IMG/VR virus record: IMGVR_UViG_3300047441_000014 | Location: 1-42,665 of that record | From: a virus | Strand: one strand, 5' to 3' | Length of the DNA: 42,665 bases | Shown: one piece after another, positions 4,988-12,785 of the stretch | Layout: each line of letters opens with the position of its first letter | Numbering within the stretch: the stretch's first letter is position 1 | Notes under the pieces: model-generated | What the model saw: only the letters and a program-made list of their open reading frames with translations | Told to the model about the DNA's origin: nothing | Database searches by the model: none | Made by a program: the position numbers and the translations under genes

Positions 4988-7984
4988 GTGGACAAGTTCG
5001 AGCGGATCGCCATCGTCACCCAGGCGGACGTCGACGCCGACGTGGCCGCGCTGGAGGCGCAGATCGCGGCCGAGGCCGCCACCGCCCGCAATGCCACCAA
5101 CCTCACGTCGGGGACGGTGGCGTTGGCTCGGTTGGCGGGCATCACCGACGGGCAGATCGCCGCGGCCAACAAGGACGGGACCGCCGGCACGCCGAGCCTC
5201 CGCACGCTGGGGACCGGGGCGGCCCAGGCGGCCCAGGGCTCGGCGCTGGCCGCTGAAATCGTCACCGCCCGCAATGCAACCAACCTCACGTCGGGGATCG
5301 TGGCCGACGCCCGGATCGCCTCGACGATCGTACGGGTCGGGGCAGAAAAGGTATTCAGCGAGGACTACCGGCTCGACTCCCTTGGTGCAACTCGGAGCGA
5401 CGACGACACCATTTCGGCTGCCATCGCAGCCGCCTTCCCCTCGGCTGCCAGCGGGATGGTCAAGCGGCTTCTCCTAGGGACAGCGGGCGGTGTGCCAGTT
5501 CCTTATTCGCTGACGACGAACCATGTAATCGGCGCGGCCGGAAGGCGTTACTACGGCGCCCACCTGGCAGGGTTCGGTCGGGGCCTATCGCGTATCGACT
5601 GGAATGGTGATCCGGCATCCGGCCCTTTCACCTTCTTGAACGTCCACATGCCGACCGTGGAAGAATTCTCGATGGGGCCGTTCCCATCGGCGGCGACGGT
5701 GCGGCCAGCCTTCTGGATCAAGTTCGATGTCGAAAACGGCCAGTCCGGGTTCCGAATTCGTACGAAGAACCTGGACTTCTACGATGCCGTCGTCGGCATG
5801 CAGTTGGGCACGGGTCACGCATCGGCGCAGATGAACCAAGGGCTCCATGAGGGACTCGGGTTCCTGGCTTGCGATACGCCCGTCGACTTCAATGCTCCCT
5901 CCGGAGAGATCCAGACTTTCGAGGGTTTCGACATCGACCAGCGCGTGGCCGGTTCGACCTGTTTCCGTGTGCATGCGTCCAAGGGCCTGCACCTGAAGGG
6001 CGGTGAGGTTACTTACCACGCAGCGGGTGACAACTACCTTGTTCGTGCCACGGGGAACTGTTATGGCGGTGGGTTCAAGATAGAAGATGTCCGGCTTGAA
6101 GAAGCATGGTGTATCGCTTCTTTCCTGAATGCTGATGCCGACTATACGAATGGTATCCAATTCCCTCTGGATATCGAAGTCAATAACGTGGTCGTCCAAC
6201 GGTCCAACTACACGCTGACCGATCCGTGCGACGTTGTGCAAACCGCTTATCAGGGAACCGTCTCTTTCAACGAGTGTGAATTCCCGCAACCCAATAGCCG
6301 AGCACGGGTCATCGGTCTAACGAACACGCGGGTGGCCGTCACGGCCTTCAGAGAGTGCAAGATAAACAACGCTGCTGCGTTGACCGATCCGAGCGCACTC
6401 TTCAAGGTGGAGGCCTCGGGCTCGGCGTTCGCCAATGGCGGCCACCTTGGCATCGTCGAGGGATGTGTCGGGATGACCACGACCATTCCCCACACGGTTC
6501 CAGCCAACGGGGCGATCCCCTCGCAGTGGATACACCAGGACCAATCACAGGTGGGGTCCGGCGCCGTGACTCGACTCGTGAACATCGACACCATTGCTCG
6601 CGGTGTCACGATCAAGCCCGTCACGGTCACCTCCGCTGCTCGGCCTGATCCGACGTCCGTCGCGTCCGGTGCGCTCCTGTACGACTCGGACCTGAAGGCT
6701 CCCATTACGACCACCGGCACGGGGTGGCGGGACGCTATCGGTCGTCGTCGGTTCCTTGCCGTGCGGGCGGTGGCCATCGCCGCTCTCCCTGCGGCCACCT
6801 ACGTCAACGGCACCGCCGGCGTAGGGGCGACTCTGACCGCTACCGCCAATGGGGCGCTACCGGCGCAGGACGGCATCACCTTGGTTGTCGCTGACCGGGT
6901 GCTGGTTGCGTCACAAGCGGCGGCTCCACAGAACGGCATCTACGTGGTGACGGCCGTGGGCGACGCGTCGAACCCTTGGGTCCTGACTCGGGCCACGGAT
7001 GCCGACAGTGCGGCCGAGGTCGTGTACGAGGCGCTCGTCCCCGTGACTGCCGGCACCGTCAACGCCGGGAAGCTGTGGCAGTTGTCCACCACCGGAACGA
7101 TCACGATTGGTACGACGGGTCAGGCGTGGCAAGTCGCAGACCCCGTGTCGGGGTCGCAGAAGTCCCGGCCCGATACCTTTGCGGTGGGTAGTTCTACTGT
7201 CACGAAACCCTCGTGGGCGCTTACCGCTGAGATGGCAGTCCAGGGGGCGAGTGGTGGCGGCGGCGGCGGCCGCCGTGGCGCCGCTGGCACGGCGCGCGTC
7301 GGCGGCGGCCCCGGAGCCGCGGGCGGTATGTCTCGACGGCTGGTGAGTGCGGCCGATCTGCCGGGCACCTTCAACGTCACGGTCGGTGCTGGTGGGTCGG
7401 CTGGGGCTGCCGCCACCACCGATGACACGAATGGTGGGAACGGTGGGAACGGTGGAGCGTCCTTCTTCGGTCCCACCATTGGCAGCAACTACGTCGCCGC
7501 CAATGGTGGGACGGGCGGCGTAGGAGGCGGGGCGGGAGCGGGCGGCACGGTAGGTACCGCCGGGGCGGGAATGTTCACTGGCGGGATAGGCGTGGCGGCT
7601 CCGTTGACGGGCGCAGCGGCTGGTGGTCCCGGGACGGGCATCGCCTCGGGCGGCGGGCCAGGCGGCGGAATTACGACTGCTGACGTCGCTAGCGTGGGCG
7701 GGACATCTACCGCCCCGTCGGCTCGTCCCGGAGGTTCCGGCGCTGCGGGTGGCGCTGTCCCCGGCGGGGCCGGTGCGGCTGGGTTCGGGCCAGGGACTAC
7801 CGCCCCAGGGCAAGGCATGGGGGGTGGCGGTGGGGCGGGAAGTGTTGTCGGTACGGGCGGTGCGGGCGGTGCGGGTCATCTGGGCGGTGGCGGCGGCGGT
7901 GGCGGTGCATCTCAGAATGGCAACAACTCGGGACCTGGCGCCGTCGGTGGCGATGGCATCGCAGCGATCACGTGGTTCGGGTGA
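4988..7984 (+). CDS. Large fibre/tailspike-like protein: N-terminal fibre repeats, pectate-lyase-like beta-helix core, glycine-rich C-terminal domain
   Basis: 998 aa, GTG start. The ARNATNLTSG(T/I)VA motif occurs twice. LDSLGATRSDDDTISAAIAAAF resembles the start of Pectate_lyase_3-type tailspikes and is followed by an Asn/Cys/Gly-rich strand-turn pattern. The C-terminus (GGGGGGRRGAAG...GGNGGNGGASFFG...GGGGGGGGAS...ITWFG) is like actinophage glycine-rich minor tail proteins. Confidence 0.8.
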   Translation: MDKFERIAIVTQADVDADVAALEAQIAAEAATARNATNLTSGTVALARLAGITDGQIAAANKDGTAGTPSLRTLGTGAAQAAQGSALAAEIVTARNATNLTSGIVADARIASTIVRVGAEKVFSEDYRLDSLGATRSDDDTISAAIAAAFPSAASGMVKRLLLGTAGGVPVPYSLTTNHVIGAAGRRYYGAHLAGFGRGLSRIDWNGDPASGPFTFLNVHMPTVEEFSMGPFPSAATVRPAFWIKFDVENGQSGFRIRTKNLDFYDAVVGMQLGTGHASAQMNQGLHEGLGFLACDTPVDFNAPSGEIQTFEGFDIDQRVAGSTCFRVHASKGLHLKGGEVTYHAAGDNYLVRATGNCYGGGFKIEDVRLEEAWCIASFLNADADYTNGIQFPLDIEVNNVVVQRSNYTLTDPCDVVQTAYQGTVSFNECEFPQPNSRARVIGLTNTRVAVTAFRECKINNAAALTDPSALFKVEASGSAFANGGHLGIVEGCVGMTTTIPHTVPANGAIPSQWIHQDQSQVGSGAVTRLVNIDTIARGVTIKPVTVTSAARPDPTSVASGALLYDSDLKAPITTTGTGWRDAIGRRRFLAVRAVAIAALPAATYVNGTAGVGATLTATANGALPAQDGITLVVADRVLVASQAAAPQNGIYVVTAVGDASNPWVLTRATDADSAAEVVYEALVPVTAGTVNAGKLWQLSTTGTITIGTTGQAWQVADPVSGSQKSRPDTFAVGSSTVTKPSWALTAEMAVQGASGGGGGGRRGAAGTARVGGGPGAAGGMSRRLVSAADLPGTFNVTVGAGGSAGAAATTDDTNGGNGGNGGASFFGPTIGSNYVAANGGTGGVGGGAGAGGTVGTAGAGMFTGGIGVAAPLTGAAAGGPGTGIASGGGPGGGITTADVASVGGTSTAPSARPGGSGAAGGAVPGGAGAAGFGPGTTAPGQGMGGGGGAGSVVGTGGAGGAGHLGGGGGGGGASQNGNNSGPGAVGGDGIAAITWFG
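5081..5297 (+). repeat. 34-bp direct repeat pair (5081-5114 and 5264-5297, 33/34 identical) encoding the ARNATNLTSG fibre motif, period 183 bp
   Basis: ACCGCCCGCAATGC(C/A)ACCAACCTCACGTCGGGGA was read at both positions. Confidence 0.9.
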
Positions 7985-7990
7985 CCTGCC

Positions 7991-8302
7991 GTGCTCTACA
8001 TCCCTGACCCCGACTACGAGCGCGAGCTCCTCCGCACGTCCGAGGTGGTCGACCTCCTCAAGGGGCTCACGACGGATGGGGCCAATCTCTACGCCGACTC
8101 CGTCCCGGTCGACCAGGGCGACCTCAAGGAGTCCGTCTTCGGCGACGTGGCCATGACCGCGGAAGGGGCCATGGGCCGGGTCGGCGCCACCGATTGGAAG
8201 GCGGCTCTGGTGGAACTCGGCACGTCCAAGCGTTCCCCCGACGGCTCACTGCGCCGCTCCGTCGAGACGCTCGGCCTCACGATCGAAGAAGGTGGTCGGT
8301 GA
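7991..8302 (+). CDS. HK97 gp10-like neck/tail-completion protein
   Basis: GTG start, 103 aa. ADSVPVDQGDLKESV...GRVGATDWKAALVELGTSK matches the gp10-family pattern (aPvdtG.L..si ... y...vE.Gt). Confidence 0.65.
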   Translation: MLYIPDPDYERELLRTSEVVDLLKGLTTDGANLYADSVPVDQGDLKESVFGDVAMTAEGAMGRVGATDWKAALVELGTSKRSPDGSLRRSVETLGLTIEEGGR

Positions 8303-8712
8303 CCCAAGTCGACGCCGAGACGCTCACCGTGCAACACCTTCAGTCCGCCACCACCGTCACCGGCCTCGCCCCCGCCACCGACATCTCGACGAAGCTGCGC
8401 CGCGGATGGGTCGCCGGGGATCCCGCCGTGCGCGTCCGGCGCATCGGTGGGCTGACGACCGAGGACGTGGCCGCCCACCTGGGCCGCTACCGCCTACAGG
8501 TGGAGGCCTTTGCCGGGACGGAGTTGGCCGCCTTCACCCTCGCCTCGGCCGCCTTCGACGCGCTCCGGGCCCTGGCCGGGCAGGCGAACGACTTCGGCGT
8601 GGTCACCGCGGTGGGCAACGACCTCGGCCTGACCAACTCGCCGGACCCCGACTCGGACTCGGCGCGCTACCTGTTCGGCGTGGTCCTCTACGCCCACGCT
8701 CCCATCGCGTAG
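8299..8712 (+). CDS. Tail terminator-like protein
   Basis: GTG 8299 in a GTGA overlap. 137 aa. Sits between the gp10-like gene and a tail-tube gene. The overall pattern (…PAVRVRRIGG…YRLQVEAFAG…ARYLFGVVLY) resembles DUF3168-type terminators. Confidence 0.55.
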   Translation: MTQVDAETLTVQHLQSATTVTGLAPATDISTKLRRGWVAGDPAVRVRRIGGLTTEDVAAHLGRYRLQVEAFAGTELAAFTLASAAFDALRALAGQANDFGVVTAVGNDLGLTNSPDPDSDSARYLFGVVLYAHAPIA

Positions 8713-8722
8713 CCTCTCGCTC

Positions 8723-9349
8723 GTGGACCCACGCGAGATCGTCGTTCCCGGGACCGGCGCTATCTACCTGGCCAACCCGGGCTCGCTCGTCCCCGACGTC
8801 GTCACCACCGCCCTGGGCGCGGAATGGCTCGAGTTGGGCTACGCCACCGAAGACGGCGTGAAGTGGACGGAGACGGCCGACAACGGCGGCGAGTGGGCCT
8901 GGCAGAACCGCCGTCGCCTCCGTGACACCTACGGCCGCCAGTCGGGCGAGGTCGTCTTCACCCTGCTCCAGTGGTCCTCGTTCAACCTCGTGGCGGCCTT
9001 CGGCGGCGGCCACGTCGAGGAGGTCGCGCCGGGCCTGTTCACCTTCACCCCGCCCCGGGGCAACGACCCGAAGATGCTGGCCGTCGAGTGGGCCGACGGC
9101 GCCCGCCACTACCGAGTCGTCTTTCTCCGTGGCTCCGTGTCGCAGGCGGTGGAGGTCAACCTCGTTCGCACCGCGGCGGCCCTCCTGCCCATGACCTTCG
9201 TCGTCTTCGCCGCCGACGAGGATGCGGACCCGTTCCTCTTCCAGACGGACGACCCCGCCTTCGCCCCGGTCGACGTGGGGCTGCTGACCGAAGACGGCAA
9301 GTTCGTCGACACCGAGGCCGACGAGCCCCTTCTGCTGGAGGTCGTGTGA
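8723..9349 (+). CDS. Major tail (tube) protein paralogue 1, with acidic C-terminal extension
   Basis: 208 aa. Shares the blocks WLELGYATEDGVKWT, MLAVEW.DGA and RTAA.LLP.TF with 11417..11986. It carries an extra tail, FQTDDPAFAPVDVGLLTEDGKFVDTEADEPLLLEVV. Confidence 0.75.
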   Translation: MDPREIVVPGTGAIYLANPGSLVPDVVTTALGAEWLELGYATEDGVKWTETADNGGEWAWQNRRRLRDTYGRQSGEVVFTLLQWSSFNLVAAFGGGHVEEVAPGLFTFTPPRGNDPKMLAVEWADGARHYRVVFLRGSVSQAVEVNLVRTAAALLPMTFVVFAADEDADPFLFQTDDPAFAPVDVGLLTEDGKFVDTEADEPLLLEVV

Positions 9350-10860
9350 CCCTCATCGGGGAGCGCATCTCGCAGCTCGGCCCCGCTGGAACGCTCACCG
9401 GCGCCGAGAAGATCCCGATCGTCCAGGCGGGGGTCACCTACCGGTCGACGGTCGGCGCGGTCATCGCCCTCGCCGCGGTCACCCTCGCCCCCATCGCCAA
9501 CCCCACCTTCACCGGCACCGTCACCGGCACGTTCAACATGCCGTCGGGCTCGGCCCTGTCCTACGCCACCACCCCCATCCTCGCCCTGCCCGGCGGGCTG
9601 GCAGCGAACAACATCCGGCTCGGCCAGAACGCCCTCAGCGACCCCGGCTTCACCGGCACCGACACGCTCGCCCTCGCCACCGACGCCCTTCAGTACGTCA
9701 CCGGGGCCACCAGCTTCAACACGGCCGGCGGCAGCCAGAGCCAGAAGAACAACATCGACGGTGAGCGGAATGCCTCCTGGGGCTTCCACTCCCTCCTGCT
9801 CAACCAGCACGGCGACAACAACTGGGCCGGCGGCGTCGGGGCGGGCCGGTCCTTCCTCGGGAGCGAGGGCACCTTCACCGGCCAGGTCTCGAACTACTAC
9901 AACCAGACCGGCCTGTTCCCCGCCACCTACGGCTCGCAGTCGGCGACGAATTGCACGGGCGACTACGTCAACGCCTTCGGCGCCTATGCCGCCTACGGCG
10001 TGAGCCCCGGCGGATCGACCGCCAGCCGTGTCGCCGTGGTGGGGACGTACACGGCCTACACCATCTCCTCCGCGGTGGCGACGGCCGCCCTCGGCGTCGA
10101 GAGCTTCCGGTCCCTCACCACCGGTTCCTACAACTCCGGGCTCGGCGACGGTGCCGGCTACACCGAGACTCCGGCCAACGCCGTCACCACCGCCAGCTTC
10201 TGCACCTACGTGGGCGCTCAGTCGGGGCCGGGCTCCGTGACCCCCAGGGACTACGCCGGTGGCTTCGGATGGCGCAGCCACACGGGCGGCGTGGGAGCCC
10301 TGGCCTTCGGTGCCTTCACCAGCGCCGGTCACAACTACTCCGTGGCCATCGGTACCGCCGACCTCGGCGCGGGGCCTGTCGGCGCCACCACCACGGCCGA
10401 CAACCAAATCCGCCTGGGCACCCCGGCGCACACCACGAGCATCCCCGGTGCCCTGGCCGTCACCGGAGCGGTGTCGACGGGCGTGCTCACCATCCCGGCC
10501 GGGTCCGCCGGCGCGCCGGGCCTAGGCCTGGCCGGGTCGCCGACGACGGGGCTCTACGCGGTGGGCACGGACCGGCTCGGCATCGCCGTGGCCGGAACGC
10601 TGGTGGCCGACTTCCAATCGACGAACATCGCCCTGCGCCAGAACATCCAGTTCACCGACGGGGTCCAGGTCGCGCTCGGCTCGGCCTCCGGGACGATATG
10701 GGGCTCGGCCAACACGCAGAAGCAGGGTTGGTGGGGAGCCGCCGCCGTCGTCCAGCCGAGCGGGATGCCCGCTGCCGCCGGCAACCTGGCCACGGCGGTC
10801 GACCTGGTCAACTACATCCGCGACAACGTCCTGCTCGCCACCGGGCTGGCGACCGTATGA
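9346..10860 (+). CDS. Fibre-like protein (phage fibre N-terminal anchor motif; YadA/Hep_Hag-like Gly/Ala/Thr-rich repeats)
   Basis: GTG 9346 with GGAGG at 9337-9341, overlapping the upstream stop. ISQLGPAGTLTGAEKIPIVQAG and PIANPTFTGTVTG are common tail-fibre N-terminal motifs. NYSVAIGTADLGAG and ADNQIRLGTP resemble adhesin head repeats. Confidence 0.7.
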   Translation: MTLIGERISQLGPAGTLTGAEKIPIVQAGVTYRSTVGAVIALAAVTLAPIANPTFTGTVTGTFNMPSGSALSYATTPILALPGGLAANNIRLGQNALSDPGFTGTDTLALATDALQYVTGATSFNTAGGSQSQKNNIDGERNASWGFHSLLLNQHGDNNWAGGVGAGRSFLGSEGTFTGQVSNYYNQTGLFPATYGSQSATNCTGDYVNAFGAYAAYGVSPGGSTASRVAVVGTYTAYTISSAVATAALGVESFRSLTTGSYNSGLGDGAGYTETPANAVTTASFCTYVGAQSGPGSVTPRDYAGGFGWRSHTGGVGALAFGAFTSAGHNYSVAIGTADLGAGPVGATTTADNQIRLGTPAHTTSIPGALAVTGAVSTGVLTIPAGSAGAPGLGLAGSPTTGLYAVGTDRLGIAVAGTLVADFQSTNIALRQNIQFTDGVQVALGSASGTIWGSANTQKQGWWGAAAVVQPSGMPAAAGNLATAVDLVNYIRDNVLLATGLATV

Positions 10861-10871
10861 GGGGGGCCTGA

Positions 10872-10982
10872 ATGGCCAGGAAGAACGACGGTCACACGCC
10901 CGACGAGACGGGGGTCTGCACCGGCTGCCTGCACGACGAGACGGTGTGGGTCAACCCGTGCCCGGCCAAGAAGGCCAAGTGA
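10872..10982 (+). CDS. Small Cys-containing peptide (36 aa), hypothetical
   Basis: ATG 10872 preceded by GAGGGG. MARKNDGHTPDETGVCTGCLHDETVWVNPCPAKKAK. Stop overlaps the next GTG (GTGA). Below the ORF-track size cut-off. Confidence 0.4.
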   Translation: MARKNDGHTPDETGVCTGCLHDETVWVNPCPAKKAK

Positions 10983-11365
10983 GCCTTCGCCGCGACCACT
11001 CCGAGGTCGTCCTCGATTTCGACGGGAAGCCGATCCCCAACAACATCGGGACCGAAGAGGCGCCGGAGATCGTAGACCTGACCTTCAAGCACCTGGCCAA
11101 CATCTGCCTGTACGGCCTCGACCGGGACGAGCGTCTCGGCCCGGAGAAGAAGTCGAAGCTGTTCCGCCTCGCCCTCAAGTTCCACCGGGGCAAGGTGGCC
11201 AGGATCACCGAGGTCGAGCGCGACCTGCTCAAGGAGCGCGCCGGTGTCCTCCTCGGGCAGATGACCTACGGCCGCTTCTGCGACTGGATCGAAGGCAAGC
11301 CGCAGGTCGTCGGCGACGATGGCGGGTCCGGTGACGATGACGAGGATGACGATGGGTCCGACTAG
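10979..11365 (+). CDS. Hypothetical protein with poly-acidic C-terminus (possible fibre/tail assembly helper)
   Basis: GTG 10979 coupled to the upstream peptide (an alternative GTG at 10946, the ORF-track start, is possible). Ends GDDGGSGDDDEDDDGSD. Lies between a fibre gene and tail-tube paralogue 2. Confidence 0.55.
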   Translation: MSLRRDHSEVVLDFDGKPIPNNIGTEEAPEIVDLTFKHLANICLYGLDRDERLGPEKKSKLFRLALKFHRGKVARITEVERDLLKERAGVLLGQMTYGRFCDWIEGKPQVVGDDGGSGDDDEDDDGSD

Positions 11366-11416
11366 TCCCGCCGCCGTGGTCCTAACCTCGCGGCTACCAG
11401 ACCTCAGGAGGTCACA

Positions 11417-11986
11417 GTGACGAAGACGGCCGACGAGCTAGTCGTCGGAGCCAACGGCTCGATTTACACGGCGCCGGTCGGCTCCACCGTGCCCGCTTCC
11501 ATCGCCACCGCGCTCAACGCCTCGTGGCTCGAACTCGGCTACGCCACGGAGGACGGCGTCAAGTGGACGGACGGCAAGACGGTCCAGCCCATCCGGGCCT
11601 GGCAGTCCTTCTACGACCTGCGCCGGATCATCACCGAGCGCATGGGCTCGCTCGTGTTCAGCCTCATGCAGTGGAACGGCGAGACGGTGAAGCTGGCCTA
11701 CGGCGGCGGCGAGATCACCGAGCCCACGTCGGGCGCCTTCCGCTACACCCCGCCTGCGCCCGAGGAGGTCGACGAGCGCATGCTCGCGGTCGAGTGGGTC
11801 GACGGCGCGTACGACTTCCGCCTGATCTTCCCGAAGGGGATGGTGAGCGAGAACGTCGAGACGACTGTCACCCGAACCGCCGCCGGCCTGCTCCCCATCA
11901 CCTTCGCCCTGCTGGGCGAGGAGGGCGAGGAGCCGTTCATCCTCGACACCAACCACCCCGCGTTCGCGGCCTCGGTCGGCTCGTGA
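11417..11986 (+). CDS. Major tail (tube) protein paralogue 2 (canonical position upstream of chaperones)
   Basis: GTG 11417 preceded by AGGAGG. 189 aa. Conserved blocks shared with 8723..9349. Followed directly by the G/G-T chaperone genes and the tape measure. Confidence 0.8.
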   Translation: MTKTADELVVGANGSIYTAPVGSTVPASIATALNASWLELGYATEDGVKWTDGKTVQPIRAWQSFYDLRRIITERMGSLVFSLMQWNGETVKLAYGGGEITEPTSGAFRYTPPAPEEVDERMLAVEWVDGAYDFRLIFPKGMVSENVETTVTRTAAGLLPITFALLGEEGEEPFILDTNHPAFAASVGS

Positions 11987-12354
11987 GCGACGCGGCGAAG
12001 GACACCAACGTGGTGGAGATCCGCCAGTCCATCGACCTCGACGCCGCCCGGGCCGCCCGCCGGTCCAAGCGCGGCCCTCGGCCTTCCATTCGCTTCCTGG
12101 GCTCGGACCGGCCGCTCCCCTACGAGCTGCCGGCCGAGGTCATCGATATGGTCGGCCAGATCAAGGCGGGCGACTTCACCGCCGTCACCGGGGCGATCCA
12201 CGTGCTCCTCGGCGGGCCGGTCTACGACGCCATCGTCGCCGACGCCAAAGCGGCCAACGACCCGCTCGCGCTCGACGACGTCACGTTCCTGCTGGAGCAG
12301 GCGTTGGAGGTCTACGGGGTGACCCTCCCGGAATCCGCGGCCTCGGAGAGCTAG
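11983..12354 (+). CDS. Tail assembly chaperone (G-type)
   Basis: GTG 11983 in a GTGA overlap. 123 aa. Canonical position between the tube and tape measure genes. Confidence 0.75.
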   Translation: MSDAAKDTNVVEIRQSIDLDAARAARRSKRGPRPSIRFLGSDRPLPYELPAEVIDMVGQIKAGDFTAVTGAIHVLLGGPVYDAIVADAKAANDPLALDDVTFLLEQALEVYGVTLPESAASES

Positions 12355-12785
12355 TCCTAGGACGCTGGGCACTCGTCGAGGCCGACTTCCGCCGCTTCTA
12401 CTCGATCGACCTGGCCGAGGCCGTGTGGGGCGCGGACCCCATCTCCTTCCGGGTGCTCAAGAACCTGACCGTGGGACTGCCGCACGAGAGCCGCACCCTT
12501 CGTGCCCTGGGCGCACCCACGCCGGGAGCGTGGGGCAACGTCGAGGAGCTGTTGGCGGGGATCATCGACGAGCAGCGCGTGAGCAACTTCTACTTCGTGT
12601 CGGCCCACGTCAAGCAGGGCACGCAAGTGCCTGAGCCCAAGCTGGTCAAGCGTCCCACCCTGGTCCCCCGGACCGACGAACCGGGCGGGCAGGATAGGCC
12701 CCGACCCCTCAATGCCGAGGGGCTCGCAACCGCACTCGGAAAGGGCCGCGGAGTCGTGCGCTACACGCCGAAGGCAGGGGACTAG
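11983..12785 (+). CDS. Tail assembly chaperone G-T fusion via -1 programmed frameshift (site near 12300-12352, not pinpointed)
   Basis: The -1 frame is open through the G stop to TAG 12783-12785. It encodes RWALVEADFRRFYSIDLAEAVWGADPISFRVLKNLTVGLPHES. This T-type conserved block starts at about 12363, yet there is no ATG/GTG/TTG in that frame before 12423. Confidence 0.6.

Noticed and set aside
7240-7984. Highly repetitive GGN-rich DNA that could be mistaken for a repeat array, CRISPR-like structure or G-quadruplex element
   Set aside because: It is in frame within the 998-aa ORF and encodes the glycine-rich domain typical of actinophage minor tail proteins. There is no repeat-spacer periodicity. 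The G-runs are a by-product of Gly codons.
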